Below are positions 1 to 11,380 of a stretch of DNA of 64,000 bases, in pieces. Source of the stretch: Amphiscolops sp. MND2022. Its lineage: Eukaryota. A program made the position numbers and the translations under genes. Location: assembly GCA_964187785.1 (NCBI GenBank), contig OZ076413.1, positions 50,098,001 through 50,162,000 on the forward strand. The letters are read 5' to 3'. Within the stretch, counting starts at the first letter, position 1, and each line of letters starts with the position of its first letter. The notes below the pieces were generated by a model. It ran no database searches. It saw nothing but the letters and a program-made list of their open reading frames with translations, and was not told the origin of the DNA.

Positions 1-2009
1 AGCAATGGCTCAGTTGGTGAAGGCGGAAAGGGAGGAAAATATCCCGGTGCTTAGCGGGCGTCTTGTTATACAAATAAAAATGAATTGGTTTTCCACTTTT
101 AGTTTTTGGATCTTGCTCTAAATATGTTTCTTGCTGTTTAAATATGTTTCGATTTTTAGTCGGCTTTTTTTGTAACAAAAAGTGCCCGACTTTTACAGAG
201 GCGAGTTTTTGTTTTCGTCAGACGACAGACCTCACACTGAATGGTCCACTTTTTAGACCTAACGTCGAAAACCCAAAGGGGTTCCCCAGGAGCTCCTCCA
301 GACTATTTGGGACCCTAGGGTCCCCCTTAGGGTTTTTAGCTCTGATCATTTTTCGAAACTTTCATTTTTTCAGCGAAAGTCCCATTTGATTTTTCAATTA
401 TTATGACCCAATATTATTTTTCATTGTTTTCAGTTGGAGAAGGATTGTTTTCAGTTTCGTGAGATATTCCTTTAAAATGCCCCGCGCATTTTTTTAAAGT
501 TCAAGTTTTTTGCGCAATAAACGGGCCGCTGACTTCGAACGTTTCTGTCTTGTAATTTTTTTTGCCCGTTTTTCCATCGAAAAACCGAAAACTGTTTTTT
601 TTTCAGCTCATTTTGCCGTGTTCCAACTTGTCGTAGTTGTTCTAGTTGTCGTGAATTTTGATTTTTTTTCGGAAAACGATTCAAAGGAAAGAACCTTTTT
701 TATTGGTTGACAAAACCCACAAAGTTCAATGATTCAAGAAAAATGATCTAATACGCTTTCCGAAAACGTGACAAACGTTGAGCGTTTGTGACGTGACAAT
801 AGAATGGAGTACCTGGTACCATGGATATGGTTCGGGACAAACCACCATGACATCAGCTAATTTTAGCCTCCTAAGGGTTGCCGGTCCGTGGAGGGGAACC
901 GTCTTAAAGGTTGCTCTCCAGCCTGAGTACAACCTGTAACTGCTGAGAATAACGTACATCATGCTTTTTTCTCTTCACAACTACATTACGACGCCAAACA
1001 GGGAACTGTGTGTTTTTCAAGAATTGAGGAAAATTGGCTTTTGCGACTACCAAAATGTGTTTTCTAGAAATGAGGAAAAAGTGAACTTCAAAGTGCCGCC
1101 AATTTGACGGAAGAATTCAGACATTAGTTTTAGTAGTGCAAAGGTGAAATTTTCAAGAAATGAGGAAAAGGTTTTGTGGATTCTTCACAATAATAATAAT
1201 ATATGATTCCCATGTTTAATAATGGGTGTGAAGATTCTTCGATTTTCGTCAATTCTTCAAAGTTTTCTGGATTCTTCACACGCTTTCCTGGATTCTTCAC
1301 AAAGCAATTATTTTCAATTCTTTTTGTGGAATCTCCACAATCATAATAAGATATGGTAGCATGCCTAACAACTGCTATGAAGATTCTTCGTATATTCGTA
1401 AATTCTTCAACGTTTTTTGGATTCTTCAAAACCAAACAGCGGTCCATGACCTCGTTGCCGTCTATCAACGAACAATGTTCAAATTAAAAATTTACTGACA
1501 ATGTAGAATTACTCTCAGTAGTATAGTATTACTTTCAGTACTACAATTCTTTTCGAAACTTCCTTTTGGCCTTCTTTATTTATGACCGAACAACTTGAAT
1601 GAAAGCCTAGGATTTCAGGTCTTTCTAAGTTCGAGAACTGATTTTTGTTCGATTAGGTACGTTTTGATTTGGAAAAAAGAGAATATTGATCGGTATATGT
1701 TTTTGTTTCAGACCCTGTCAACTTGATTATTTTTGGGGTGGCTAATGTGTGATGGCGCGTTAGGTGAATCACCCGAATTGATAGTCTCAGTTAGTGCTAT
1801 TTTGATCAAGACAACCGTTGACTTTCGGAATCCTTTAAATTTCTCATTGTGCATGATTTTTGCTACTTGATTCATTTGTTAAATTTTGTATGTTGTCACC
1901 CATTGTAATTCAGTTTCAACCCTGTTGACTTTTTTACAAGGACGCAAAAGTTGAAAAGAACAGGATATCGTCAGAATGAGACGTAGATTCAAATTAAAAT
2001 GTCATTTTC

Positions 2010-4940
2010 AGAGTTTTTTGTTGAAATATTTATACTTTAAACAACATTTCAAAATTAACAATGTAACGACTCCAGGAGCGTATATTGCTTTTAAATAACT
2101 TTTTAGTAGAGGCTTCTTCGTCCTTGATCTTTTCAGCCATTTTTTGAAGCAGGCTCCTGTACCGGTCATTGGGAGGCACTCGCATCTTGCGGTAGTTAAG
2201 AGGATTACACTCCACATTGTCGCCAGAGAAGGATACCTATAGTTAACACAGTTTATTGGAGCTTTTTGTATTATAAAGTTATTAAGTAATTAGAGGGTGG
2301 ATTATCGTTAAGTTATAGTACGTGATCAGAAGCGACACATTTGTAAAAATGCAAATTGGAATATTGTTCCCTTAAAATGCTCCGCGAGACGTTTCATGTT
2401 ACGCAGAAAAATAGGGAGGCTGTTATTTACCATTTCTCAGCTTATTCGCAAAAACGCTCTCGGAGTCGTTACAGGTTACCACTTTTGCATATGTGTTTGT
2501 AGTATTTGGTACGATATTTACCGTGTATCCTCGTCCTTGTCGAAATGGGCAGCGACAATTAAATCACTGTGTCCACAGCAAAGGAAAATGGCACATAGTG
2601 CCACGGAGTTGCCATGGGTGAGGACACAGTGAATCCATTTCGACGGTAAAATGACGGCGTCACCTGCCCTTGCATTGATCCTGTGGCAGCCTCCTCCCTC
2701 CAACTGCTCCAGGTCCCCAAAAGATGTTGATCTGAATGACAGACATTGTTATACAGACGGGGTTTGATGAAAAATGGCTCGACGTTTCAATTGGCTGTTT
2801 TTTTTCAAAATCATGTTCCTGTGGGAGGCAAACGTTTTTTTTACAAGAAAAAATATCTTACAAGTTTCTTGAGTCTTTCTCGCTATACTGCTTGAAGAGC
2901 CTCAAATTCTTCCTCGTTGGCTCAACGAGCCAGAAGATTTTTCCCCAAGGAGGACCACATAAGACACGCAGGTACTGGCAAAATCTATGTGCCGGGGGGT
3001 CACACACTGGTCGTTCGAAAGCAGCAGGTAATTCCAAGTGCTCTGCGTCACGAACCCGTTTTCAACCCCGGCTGCCAACTGCGATTCCGCAAATGAGTCT
3101 ACTGCGGCACTTTTCACGGCACTAGGTGGCGAAAAGATCTAAATTTAAGTACCGAGTTTATCTTACTTGTTTCCGTAGTATAATTATTGCTACATAGTAT
3201 TTCATTCTTACCAACAGTGACAAAATTAGTTTAAAAACGGATAAAAGTATCATATACAAAAGTTTACAATGAATTTAATTACCTCATGGCCAAGAGTGAT
3301 GTCGATCACATTCACCGGGAACAGATGTTTTCCGGCTGCTTCTGGCCCCGCGCGCTGCTCTACCAGATATTCTTCTCTGGTCAACTGTCGCTGCTGAAAC
3401 AATTTCAAATTGGCTGCATAAGCAAGGAGAATTGAGAAAACAATAATTAAACATGTTGTGAAGAATCTAGCGCTGGATGACAAATCATTGCAAAATTACT
3501 TTGAAGGTAATCGTTCACGATTTTGAAGCTCAATATGATTGTAAATTTTTGTGGATTCTTCGTTCTGATATTTATGTATATTCAGGAATAGATTTCTATT
3601 TTCTATTCGAGAAAGCACAACCTCTGAAAATCGAAGACAAAATATCTTTCCCTTGAAGCCTCCTGCATGTGTACTTGTCAATTGTTTGAATCCCCAGATG
3701 TATTTAGAACCTCCCATTTCACATTTAATAAAACTTTATTCCAGTGTTTCCCTTGTTTCTCAATGACGTACGCCAATAACTGGTCATAAAACAATTATAC
3801 GGAAAAAAATTTTGTATATATCTTTACACTTTCAAAAAAGTATGATACCCATGAAATAAAGTTTCTAGTCTCACCTTATTAAGTTTTGCAGACTTTGCTG
3901 CAATGGGGACATCAGGGTTAGCCATGTAACGAAGCATGTGCTCTGCTAAGGGCAAAAACTGTGTCGCTGCTTCATTGGGGACATGCGGAAGCACCAGGCC
4001 TTCAGCATTCTGCTTGGCATCTCTCCATAGGATGGGAAAACCATGTAACAGGTAGTTCAACACCTTCTTAGACTGGTTTTCCACAGCCCCATTCCACACC
4101 ACGCACTTTTGAACGGCACTCTGTTTGGTCCCCTCGATGTGCTCGTAGTACCTAAGAACATTTAAAAACAATACCTAAAAGTTTTTATTCAGTAAAAAGA
4201 CAGATCCTTATATCCGTGGCAAGTATCCTCACCTTGAAAACAGAATTAACTCTTCTAGGCATGAAAACAATTTTTTGACTTCCTTGCAATTGTTCAACTG
4301 AAAAAACAACTCTTTGATATTGGCTGATTTTCCTTACCTATAGTTGCCTTCCTTCGCTGACTTTCTGGGGACTCTTGAGAAGGACATATGCTGAAAACGG
4401 TGATGGGGAGCTCGATCGAGGTGCCTCAGCAAGCTGCTGCGTGAAGAAAACACCTGACCACACGTGTCACACGTTTTGCTTTTCAGCGTCCCTGTTACAG
4501 TCTCTGAAACATTAAAAGATTTGTACTATAGCATCGCCTTCAAGAAGATTTTCATAATAGGCGGTACGTTTCCACTTCGCCAGCACAATTATCAAACGTT
4601 AAAAAGACAAGTTTGATGTGAGCAGTTATTTACTGTAACGAGCATATTTTTGCGCGGGATACGTTTTCTTTGTGAGGAATAACTTACTGTATATACTCAG
4701 AGGCGGGGAAAGATCTTCTGCCAGCTCCACTGCCGTCTTAGCGCAGCTTTCAGTCCGTTGATGCCTTTTGAGGGCATCCTTAGTTGACACTGGCAGCAGA
4801 CATTTGTCACAAGAAAAGTGACCACTTCCTCTGGCTTCAACCTGTTCGGTCTCAACACCTGCGCATTTTCCAACATGGCGGTTGAAATTAAAGAGTTTCG
4901 CTGTCTGGTAGGAGCATTTGGGGCACTTCTTGAGCGGCAT
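2010..4940 (-). CDS. Multi-exon C2H2 zinc-finger + JmjC (KDM2/KDM7/PHF8-like) histone demethylase-type gene, with a 1-nt frameshift in this copy
   Basis: Zinc fingers CPKCSYQT..RHVGKC, CDKC..KRHQRTESC and CDTCGQVF..RHLDRAPH. JmjC motifs NVIDITLGHE, YLLLS..VTPRHIDFASTCVSYVVLLGEK[fs]IFWLVEPT, SFGD..CHRI..GDAVILPSKWIHCVLT..ALCAIFL, and RYPSL. GT-AG introns, e.g. 2861->2732. An A-run at 2938-2942 is one base short. The 3' end is approximate. Confidence 0.75.
2522..3138 (-). CDS. JmjC catalytic-core exons (HxD...H iron triad intact)
   Basis: RHIDF and WIHCV motifs, plus the Thr (VTPRH) and Lys (GEK) at 2-oxoglutarate-binding positions. These align by eye with KDM2/KDM7 TDFHVDFGG..K.FWL.PPT and PSGWIHAV.T. 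Confidence 0.8.
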
Positions 4941-5139
4941 TTCCTGGATTTTAAAAAAATGTTTAATAATTTCGAATAATTATTTTTCTCAACGCTCCTG
5001 GAGTCGTTATAGTTTCGAAGTAAAAACTCATCAAACGAAAAACGATCAATATTTCATCATTGACATTGGCAGTGTTTTCATGCGACCACACTTTAAGTCA
5101 ACTGACTTTAGTAGGTTGTGTAATACGGTCTCAAAAAAT

Positions 5140-5500
5140 TAGCTGTCTTAATGCTCCTGGAATCGTTGCAATTCTGAATGTTTTATATAAATTTAGCTGA
5201 CTTAACGCTCCTGGAGTCATTAAAGTCTTTAAAATCATATATACATTTAACTGTCGTTACGCTCCTGGAGTCGTTAAAGTTTTGAATAGCATATATAAAC
5301 TTAGCTGTCTTAACGCTCCGGGAGTCGTTAAAGTCTTTAAAATCATCTATAATTTTAGCTGTCTCAACGCTCCTGGAGTCGTTAAAGTCTTAAAAAATTC
5401 ATATGATTTTAGAGACTTTAACGACTCCAGGAGCGTTAAGACAGCTAAATTTTTGTATAATATTAAAAACTTTAACGACTCCAGGAGCGTTAAGACAGCT
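5140..5500. repeat. Array of ~54-bp repeats containing the palindromic motif AACGCTCCTGGAGTCGTT
   Basis: Copies at about 5150, 5204, 5259, 5312 and 5366 (forward) and 5420 and 5474 (inverted). Confidence 0.9.
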
Positions 5501-5827
5501 GAATTTATATACGATTTTCAACACTAAATGTATATTTATATATAAGGCTCTTCGTGATGTTACTCTCCTCTCAATAAATGCAATATACTGTATACCTTCT
5601 ATAAAAATTGCCCAACATTGGAAACCAACTTCAATAAAAAATTTTGATTATTTTGCATTATATAAAACAATACTCTATATCTTCATTATTTGTACTAATT
5701 TGGATGAAAAAAAATCTAACCATTCTTGTTTTTGTTGATTAATAAAGTTTCCAATGACAATAATTTAAATAAAAACTTACTTTGTTTGATGAATGCTCAG
5801 GCTGGATGAATTTGATCAGGCTTCGGA

Positions 5828-5935
5828 ACTGGAGTTATCAACTGGAGTTATTATCAACAGGAGTTATCAATTGGAGTTATCAACTGGAGTTGTCAACTCA
5901 ATCAACAGGATTCAAGTGTTCGAAGTAAATCAACT
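5828..5935. repeat. Short tandem repeat, unit ~AACTGGAGTTATC
   Basis: About 5 degenerate 13-bp units visible directly. Confidence 0.75.
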
Positions 5936-8323
5936 GGTTTGGAGCTACGCTGGTTGATTGATAACTTCAATACATGTACTTCGATTGCGAGGCCGCTAGA
6001 TGATTCACAGTGACAAATATAAACTTGCGTGTCATGCTAAATACATGTATTTTCTCGTCGTAACTGAGGAGGCATCACATGTAGATGAAAGAATTTTGAG
6101 GAACGAATATATGTCTTTCAACAATTGTTAACTTTACAACCAGCTCAACTGTTTCATTATAATTGTTATGACAATTTTTTTGAAGTTGTCAAACAGGGTG
6201 CAGTGCGCTATTTGAAATAAATTGATCGCTCTTAGAGTCGTTAGAAAAATAGCTTTTTCTATACAGTTGATATAACGTTTTGGTGAGGTACATTAAGTCT
6301 GAACGGTCCGGGAGTTGTTCCAAAATTAACAGTTTCAATTAAAATTGAAATGATTTTTTTAAATTTGGCAAACAGGGGGATGGGTGAGATATTTGATACA
6401 TTCTATTTGAACGCTCCTGGAGTCGTTCTAAAGTTAACTTCTCCTACACTTGATGTGAAGTTTTTTGAAACTGGCCAAAAGTGGGGATACATTTTTACAT
6501 GTTAAAAACGGCGAACATGGGGTGTGTTTGATACCTTTTATTTTAGCGCTCCTGGAGTTGTTTCAAAATTAACTGTTTCATTACAGTTCAGAACAGTTTT
6601 CAATACAGGAAACCATCTCCCTAACAAACTTACCTTGTCATAGTACTATTTATATTTAAACAGGAGAATGTTTGAACTTTCTCTCCACCGATAACTTTTT
6701 TCCACAACTGAAGCCCATGCTTCATTACATTTAGAAAAAGGGGTTGTTTTAAATTTGACAAACTGGGGTGGGGGGTTTATCTAAGTTACTCATTCTACTT
6801 AAACGCTCCTGGAGTTGTTACAAAATCATTTGTTTCATTACAATTAATGGGATTTTTTTAAAATTTGGCTAACGGGGGATTTTTATTGTGAAAACCATTT
6901 CAACATATTCAACAAAATTGTTCATATATAAAAGGAAGAATCCACAAATTTTTTTTATGGTATTTCTGTGAATTCATACGAAACGAAGAATCCGCAAAAA
7001 TTTAGTATCTCAATTAAGTGACCTAATTAGTGAAGAATCCCCGCAAACTAATATTTGCTAATAATTGCTAAAACGAAGAATCCACAAAATTTCAAGAACT
7101 CAGGAAAACAGTGAAAATTTTCTTTCGGCGATTCTTCGCAGGTTACGCAGGTATTAGTGCAAGAATCCAGAAAAATGTTTCATTCCACTTTCCTCATTTC
7201 TTGAAAACCCACGTAATGTAATCGATGTGAAGAATCCACACCACACTGCAACAGATCTGTTGCAGTCAAAAATTCCCTGTTTGGCGTCGTAATGTACCAT
7301 TTAGACAGCCTTTAAAACATTGCAAGAATAAGGAAGGTAAATTTCCAGTTCCAGGGTGTCTCGGACTAGCAAATACAGCTAAACACCATGAAACTACAGT
7401 GAAGCACGCATGAATATGGCAAACCACACAGCTACAAGCTGGGGCGCAAAGGCTCCAAGCACCAAACAAGGACTGTCACAGTCCGCTCCTGGACTGGGTT
7501 GCGGCAGTCTAAGAGTTGGTTGGTTTTGGCCGTGGTCATGGTTGCCCCGTAAGGTTTGCGAAAACCTTTTTTAACTACTAAAAACTAACAGATAAACTGT
7601 GACCAAAAACAAACTACGTCTAGATTACGCAAATTTTCAGATAATAATGAATACTAGTGATTGAACAGATTGAAATTGAGTTCACGCATTTCCTCTAAGA
7701 CGTTTAAGCCACGAACTAGGTGATCACATTCTCCACCTGAAAATTAAAATAAAACTGCGTCTCAGGATCGAAGTCATAGACTAATCTAAATGAAAAACAG
7801 ATACAAAATTATATCTAAAAAGAGCGCATATTCAGATTTAAAATGAAAACCACTTTGAAATAAATGGTAAGAAATTACGCCTTGTCAAAGTAAGGCTAGT
7901 TAATTGCGTTTGAACAGCAATTAGTGTGATTTAGAACGACGATATTGCGCTAAGTAAACAAAGCGGCAGTGAGAGTAAACATACATGTACATTTGTCGTC
8001 ACTAGGACGCAGACAAGTTTTGGAAGTATACCAAGTGACGTCACTGCTCCGTCCATGCACACCAGAAAATCACTCCGATTATCCGCTTGTACTAACGGCC
8101 ATATTAGAAATCATTCCACTTTTCCGCCAGTGTGACGTCATGGTCTTGGCAACTTGCTGGAAATGGTTCTAAATACTCGTCAGCACTGCGTTAAACTAGT
8201 CAAAATCTTACTTCAGCGTCACAAAATTTGTAGAGATGTCGACGTAAACTTGGGGTTCCAGTGATTTTTCATCAAAAATACAGGAAATGACTAATTGTTC
8301 GAGGAAAATTAAGGATTTACTCG

Positions 8324-8523
8324 NNNNNNNNNNNNNNNNNNNNNNNNNNNNNNNNNNNNNNNNNNNNNNNNNNNNNNNNNNNNNNNNNNNNNNNNNNNNN
8401 NNNNNNNNNNNNNNNNNNNNNNNNNNNNNNNNNNNNNNNNNNNNNNNNNNNNNNNNNNNNNNNNNNNNNNNNNNNNNNNNNNNNNNNNNNNNNNNNNNNN
8501 NNNNNNNNNNNNNNNNNNNNNNN
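8324..8523. other. Assembly gap (200 N)
   Basis: Run of N. Confidence 1.
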
Positions 8524-10970
8524 ATTTAGACTCAACCGATGATTTCCCTTGTTTTTTCCGCAACTTCAGACTTGTGCAGAAAGTTTACTTCATCTGGATA
8601 ATATTTTGGATTTGTGTACTCTCATACTACTCAACAAAACAATATTTGAGTACTTTTGGTTTCTTTGTAAATTGACGAAGGTTCATTTTTCTTATACATT
8701 TTGTTTGCAAATCGGAGAGTTATTGGACTCGAGCTCAAAAAAAGCATTGCTAAACTGGGTATTAGGCGCCTGAACAAGGAACGAAGGTGTCGTAGGAAGA
8801 TTGTCCACTTGCGTACTTCTCGCACCGTTTTGCTGGAATATTTTTTCCGTTAGAGTTTTGAGACCTTCGGAGTTTGTCAAATCTCTTTTCGTTTGCACGT
8901 TGAATTTGTTGACGTTCCTGGTCGTGTATACTATCAGTATTGCTGTTTTATTCCATATAGAAATTATGGTGATTTTGTATTACAGTTAAATATGAAACAA
9001 TTTTTTTCAAACCATGACCTTCCCGTTTCTGAGTCTCTCAGGAGACTGCTAAGAGAGATGAATCTAGCAATGAGAGAGAGAGATGAATTTGAAGATTTGA
9101 ATTGTTGATTTGTTCAGGTTACTAGTTTCTACAGTCTAAGGAGAGAAGGCTATCAGTATGATAAGTAGCACGCAATTCAGTGTAATGATTGTCGGTTGGT
9201 AGCTTTTCGTTGGTGGATGAGAAGATCCTTTTCTTACCACCGAGCACTCTCATTGGGTTACCAACGAGGTGCTAATTGGTCTTGGTCACGTGACCGACTA
9301 CTATCGTTTTTGCTGGGGGGATACAAACCATAACCCGCGCGCCAATTTGAAGTTTGAATGAGATTATATGTACACAAAACCAGATTTATCTGCGTTAGGT
9401 AATCACCATCTTTGAATGACTGCATAATGACTAGATTTGGTGATAGATAAGAAACTGATGAAGTTTTGAGAGTTTGAAGTTGCAGAGCGCATTAATTTTA
9501 AAAGATGTTTAAACATGTAAAAGCGATGTTTTTACTGTAACTAATGATAAAGTGAATGGGGAAAATGAACTTCATGCTTTGGACATCGTTTTCTACTCGT
9601 TGTGTTTGTTTTGTGCACTTCTATGAAAACGCATGTGGAAAAGATGAATGACTTTCGTTTTTGATGATGACTGATTGCGATATGACACTAATGAAATACT
9701 GCTTGTGCGGTTCGCATGGTGAAAGGGAATAGGAATTCATCGTTTTAGCTTTTTGAATCAAATAGAAATGTCCAAGTGAGTGATGTACAAACGCTGAAAA
9801 CGATTCCCATCTTATTAGAATCGTCGTCAGTGTTTCAGCACCAGTAAATGAAATAACTCCTTTTTAGGTGGTATGTAATTGATGACAAAAATATACACTT
9901 TTACATCGTTATTCGAAAGCTTCGTTAGCTGCATCGCGCAAGCGATGGAAAGTGATGATATTGAAAACTAACTCACGACAGTTCATTGTGAGGCTCCGCT
10001 GGCTGTCGCCTTACAGTTTTCGTCATTTCGTCATTGGTTTTCCATTTCTCATTTTTGTTTTCCTCTTTCTCGCGACTTGTTTTCTGCTGGGGTTTCTACC
10101 CTGGGTTACAAACAAATATGCACAGTATTGATTCAGGAGGTTCAAAATACATAATACATTTCTCAAACTCATGGTAGGGGATCAGAATAGTAACGTAGAG
10201 TTGCGCACAACCATGAATCTTTCTATATGGCTCCAAATAGTCCATAATTAGGTACATGAAACATACAATGTACATTATATCTAATTATAGAGCTATATTT
10301 CCATCATGCTGGCATGGCATTTGTTCAGGGGAAACTGTCCCTTTGCTTCAAACTAAATTCGTCATCTGTCTTTGCAAGTTATTGAAATAAGGTTTCAACA
10401 CTGATGATCTTGAGGGAAAGCATGAAAATTTTTTTTCGTACACAAATCTTTGAACTTTGAAATTTTTGGAACGTTATTAAATCAAAAGGTCTGTGAGAAT
10501 ATCACGAGAATCACTTTATACAGCCAGGAAACATTGCGAACGAAAATATTGACAATCGTCAAAGATAGATGAGAACATAAAACAATTTATTTAAAATGAC
10601 AATTTTGTCACTTTCTGTCCTGAAGAAAAAGGAAATTGCTGCATTCAACGAAGGAACAAAGATTCCTCAGATGTTGCTGAGCTCTCCAAAAGACGAAGAA
10701 AAGCATTTTTATTACTAGCAGACCACAACTGCAGGAAAACACTATAGAAATATGAATGTTTTAATGGAAGTTTTCGAAAAAATGGACAATGAATTTTTCT
10801 ATTGAAAAACATTACTTTTGTCTCCCAATACCAAGACAATAGTCAAAGGAAACTTTTATGTATGTCAAAATGGCTCCCAGGCTTCCAACAAGTAATGATA
10901 ACTTCAATAGCAATAGTAGAAAGCAAGAGCAACTCACCATTGGTTAAAATACGTAATATATTCAATATAT

Positions 10971-11172
10971 GGGAGCACAACATTTCGTACAAAAACCAAA
11001 ATCCGCCACTTCGTACAAAAACGGAACCTGACATTTCGTACAAAAATAGAATCAGACATTTCGTACAGAAATTAAATGATGTGTTACCCCTTGTTTTTTA
11101 ATTCAAATTTTGCACGAAATGTCTTTTGTACGAAATTTTGGGTTATGTCGTTGTACAATTTGTCGTGGTGCC
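10971..11172. mobile_element. MULE-type MITE
   Basis: 9-bp TSD TCAATATAT (10962-10970 and 11173-11181), imperfect TIRs GGGAGCACAACA / TGTCGTGGTGCC, and internal ATTTCGTACA repeats in inverted orientation. Confidence 0.75.
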
Positions 11173-11314
11173 TCAATATATTGGTACCAATTTTTTTTGG
11201 AACAAATATCAACTTAGGTAGAAAACGAATCCTCACTGTATCTTCTGGCTAAAAACGCAAAAACACAACAAAACTTGCTCGAGGACACTTCAAAAAATGA
11301 AAAAATATAGCAAA

Positions 11315-11380
11315 GTTTCGAATTCGAACCATGTTACCAACAATCACCACACACAGACATTCACGTTAACCACTAGGCCA
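11315..11380 (-). repeat. tRNA-derived SINE-like head
   Basis: Minus strand has an A-box TGGCCTAGTGG and a B-box GGTTCGAAT, but no full cloverleaf. Confidence 0.45.

Larger units (their letters stand above)
984..7294. mobile_element. 6.3-kb TIR DNA transposon, apparently non-autonomous (CACTA/EnSpm-like architecture), carrying a ZnF-JmjC gene
   Basis: Perfect 22-bp TIRs CATTACGACGCCAAACAGGGAA (984-1005) and TTCCCTGTTTGGCGTCGTAATG (7273-7294), flanked by TA on both sides. GGATTCTTC/GAAGAATCC subterminal repeats lie at both ends. The two flanks join into a dispersed repeat also seen at about 43640-43870 (reverse), consistent with an insertion. Superfamily is inferred; no transposase seen. Confidence 0.8.

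Noticed and set aside
1..60. tRNA-like start (TGGCTCAGTTGG A-box)
   Set aside because: No B-box or cloverleaf; at most a SINE remnant cut by the window edge.
5282..5738. ORFs with repeated LNAPGVV/TTPGAL peptides
   Set aside because: Translations of the palindromic DNA repeat array.
984..7294. Assignment of the TIR element to Tc1/mariner because of TA flanks
   Set aside because: No transposase is present; size, CATTAC ends and subterminal repeats fit CACTA-like elements better, though this is unresolved.
8287..8563. ORFs containing X runs
   Set aside because: Artefacts of the N gap.
8549..10050. Possible decayed viral or Polinton-like coding remnants
   Set aside because: No motif I can support; needs a translated profile search.
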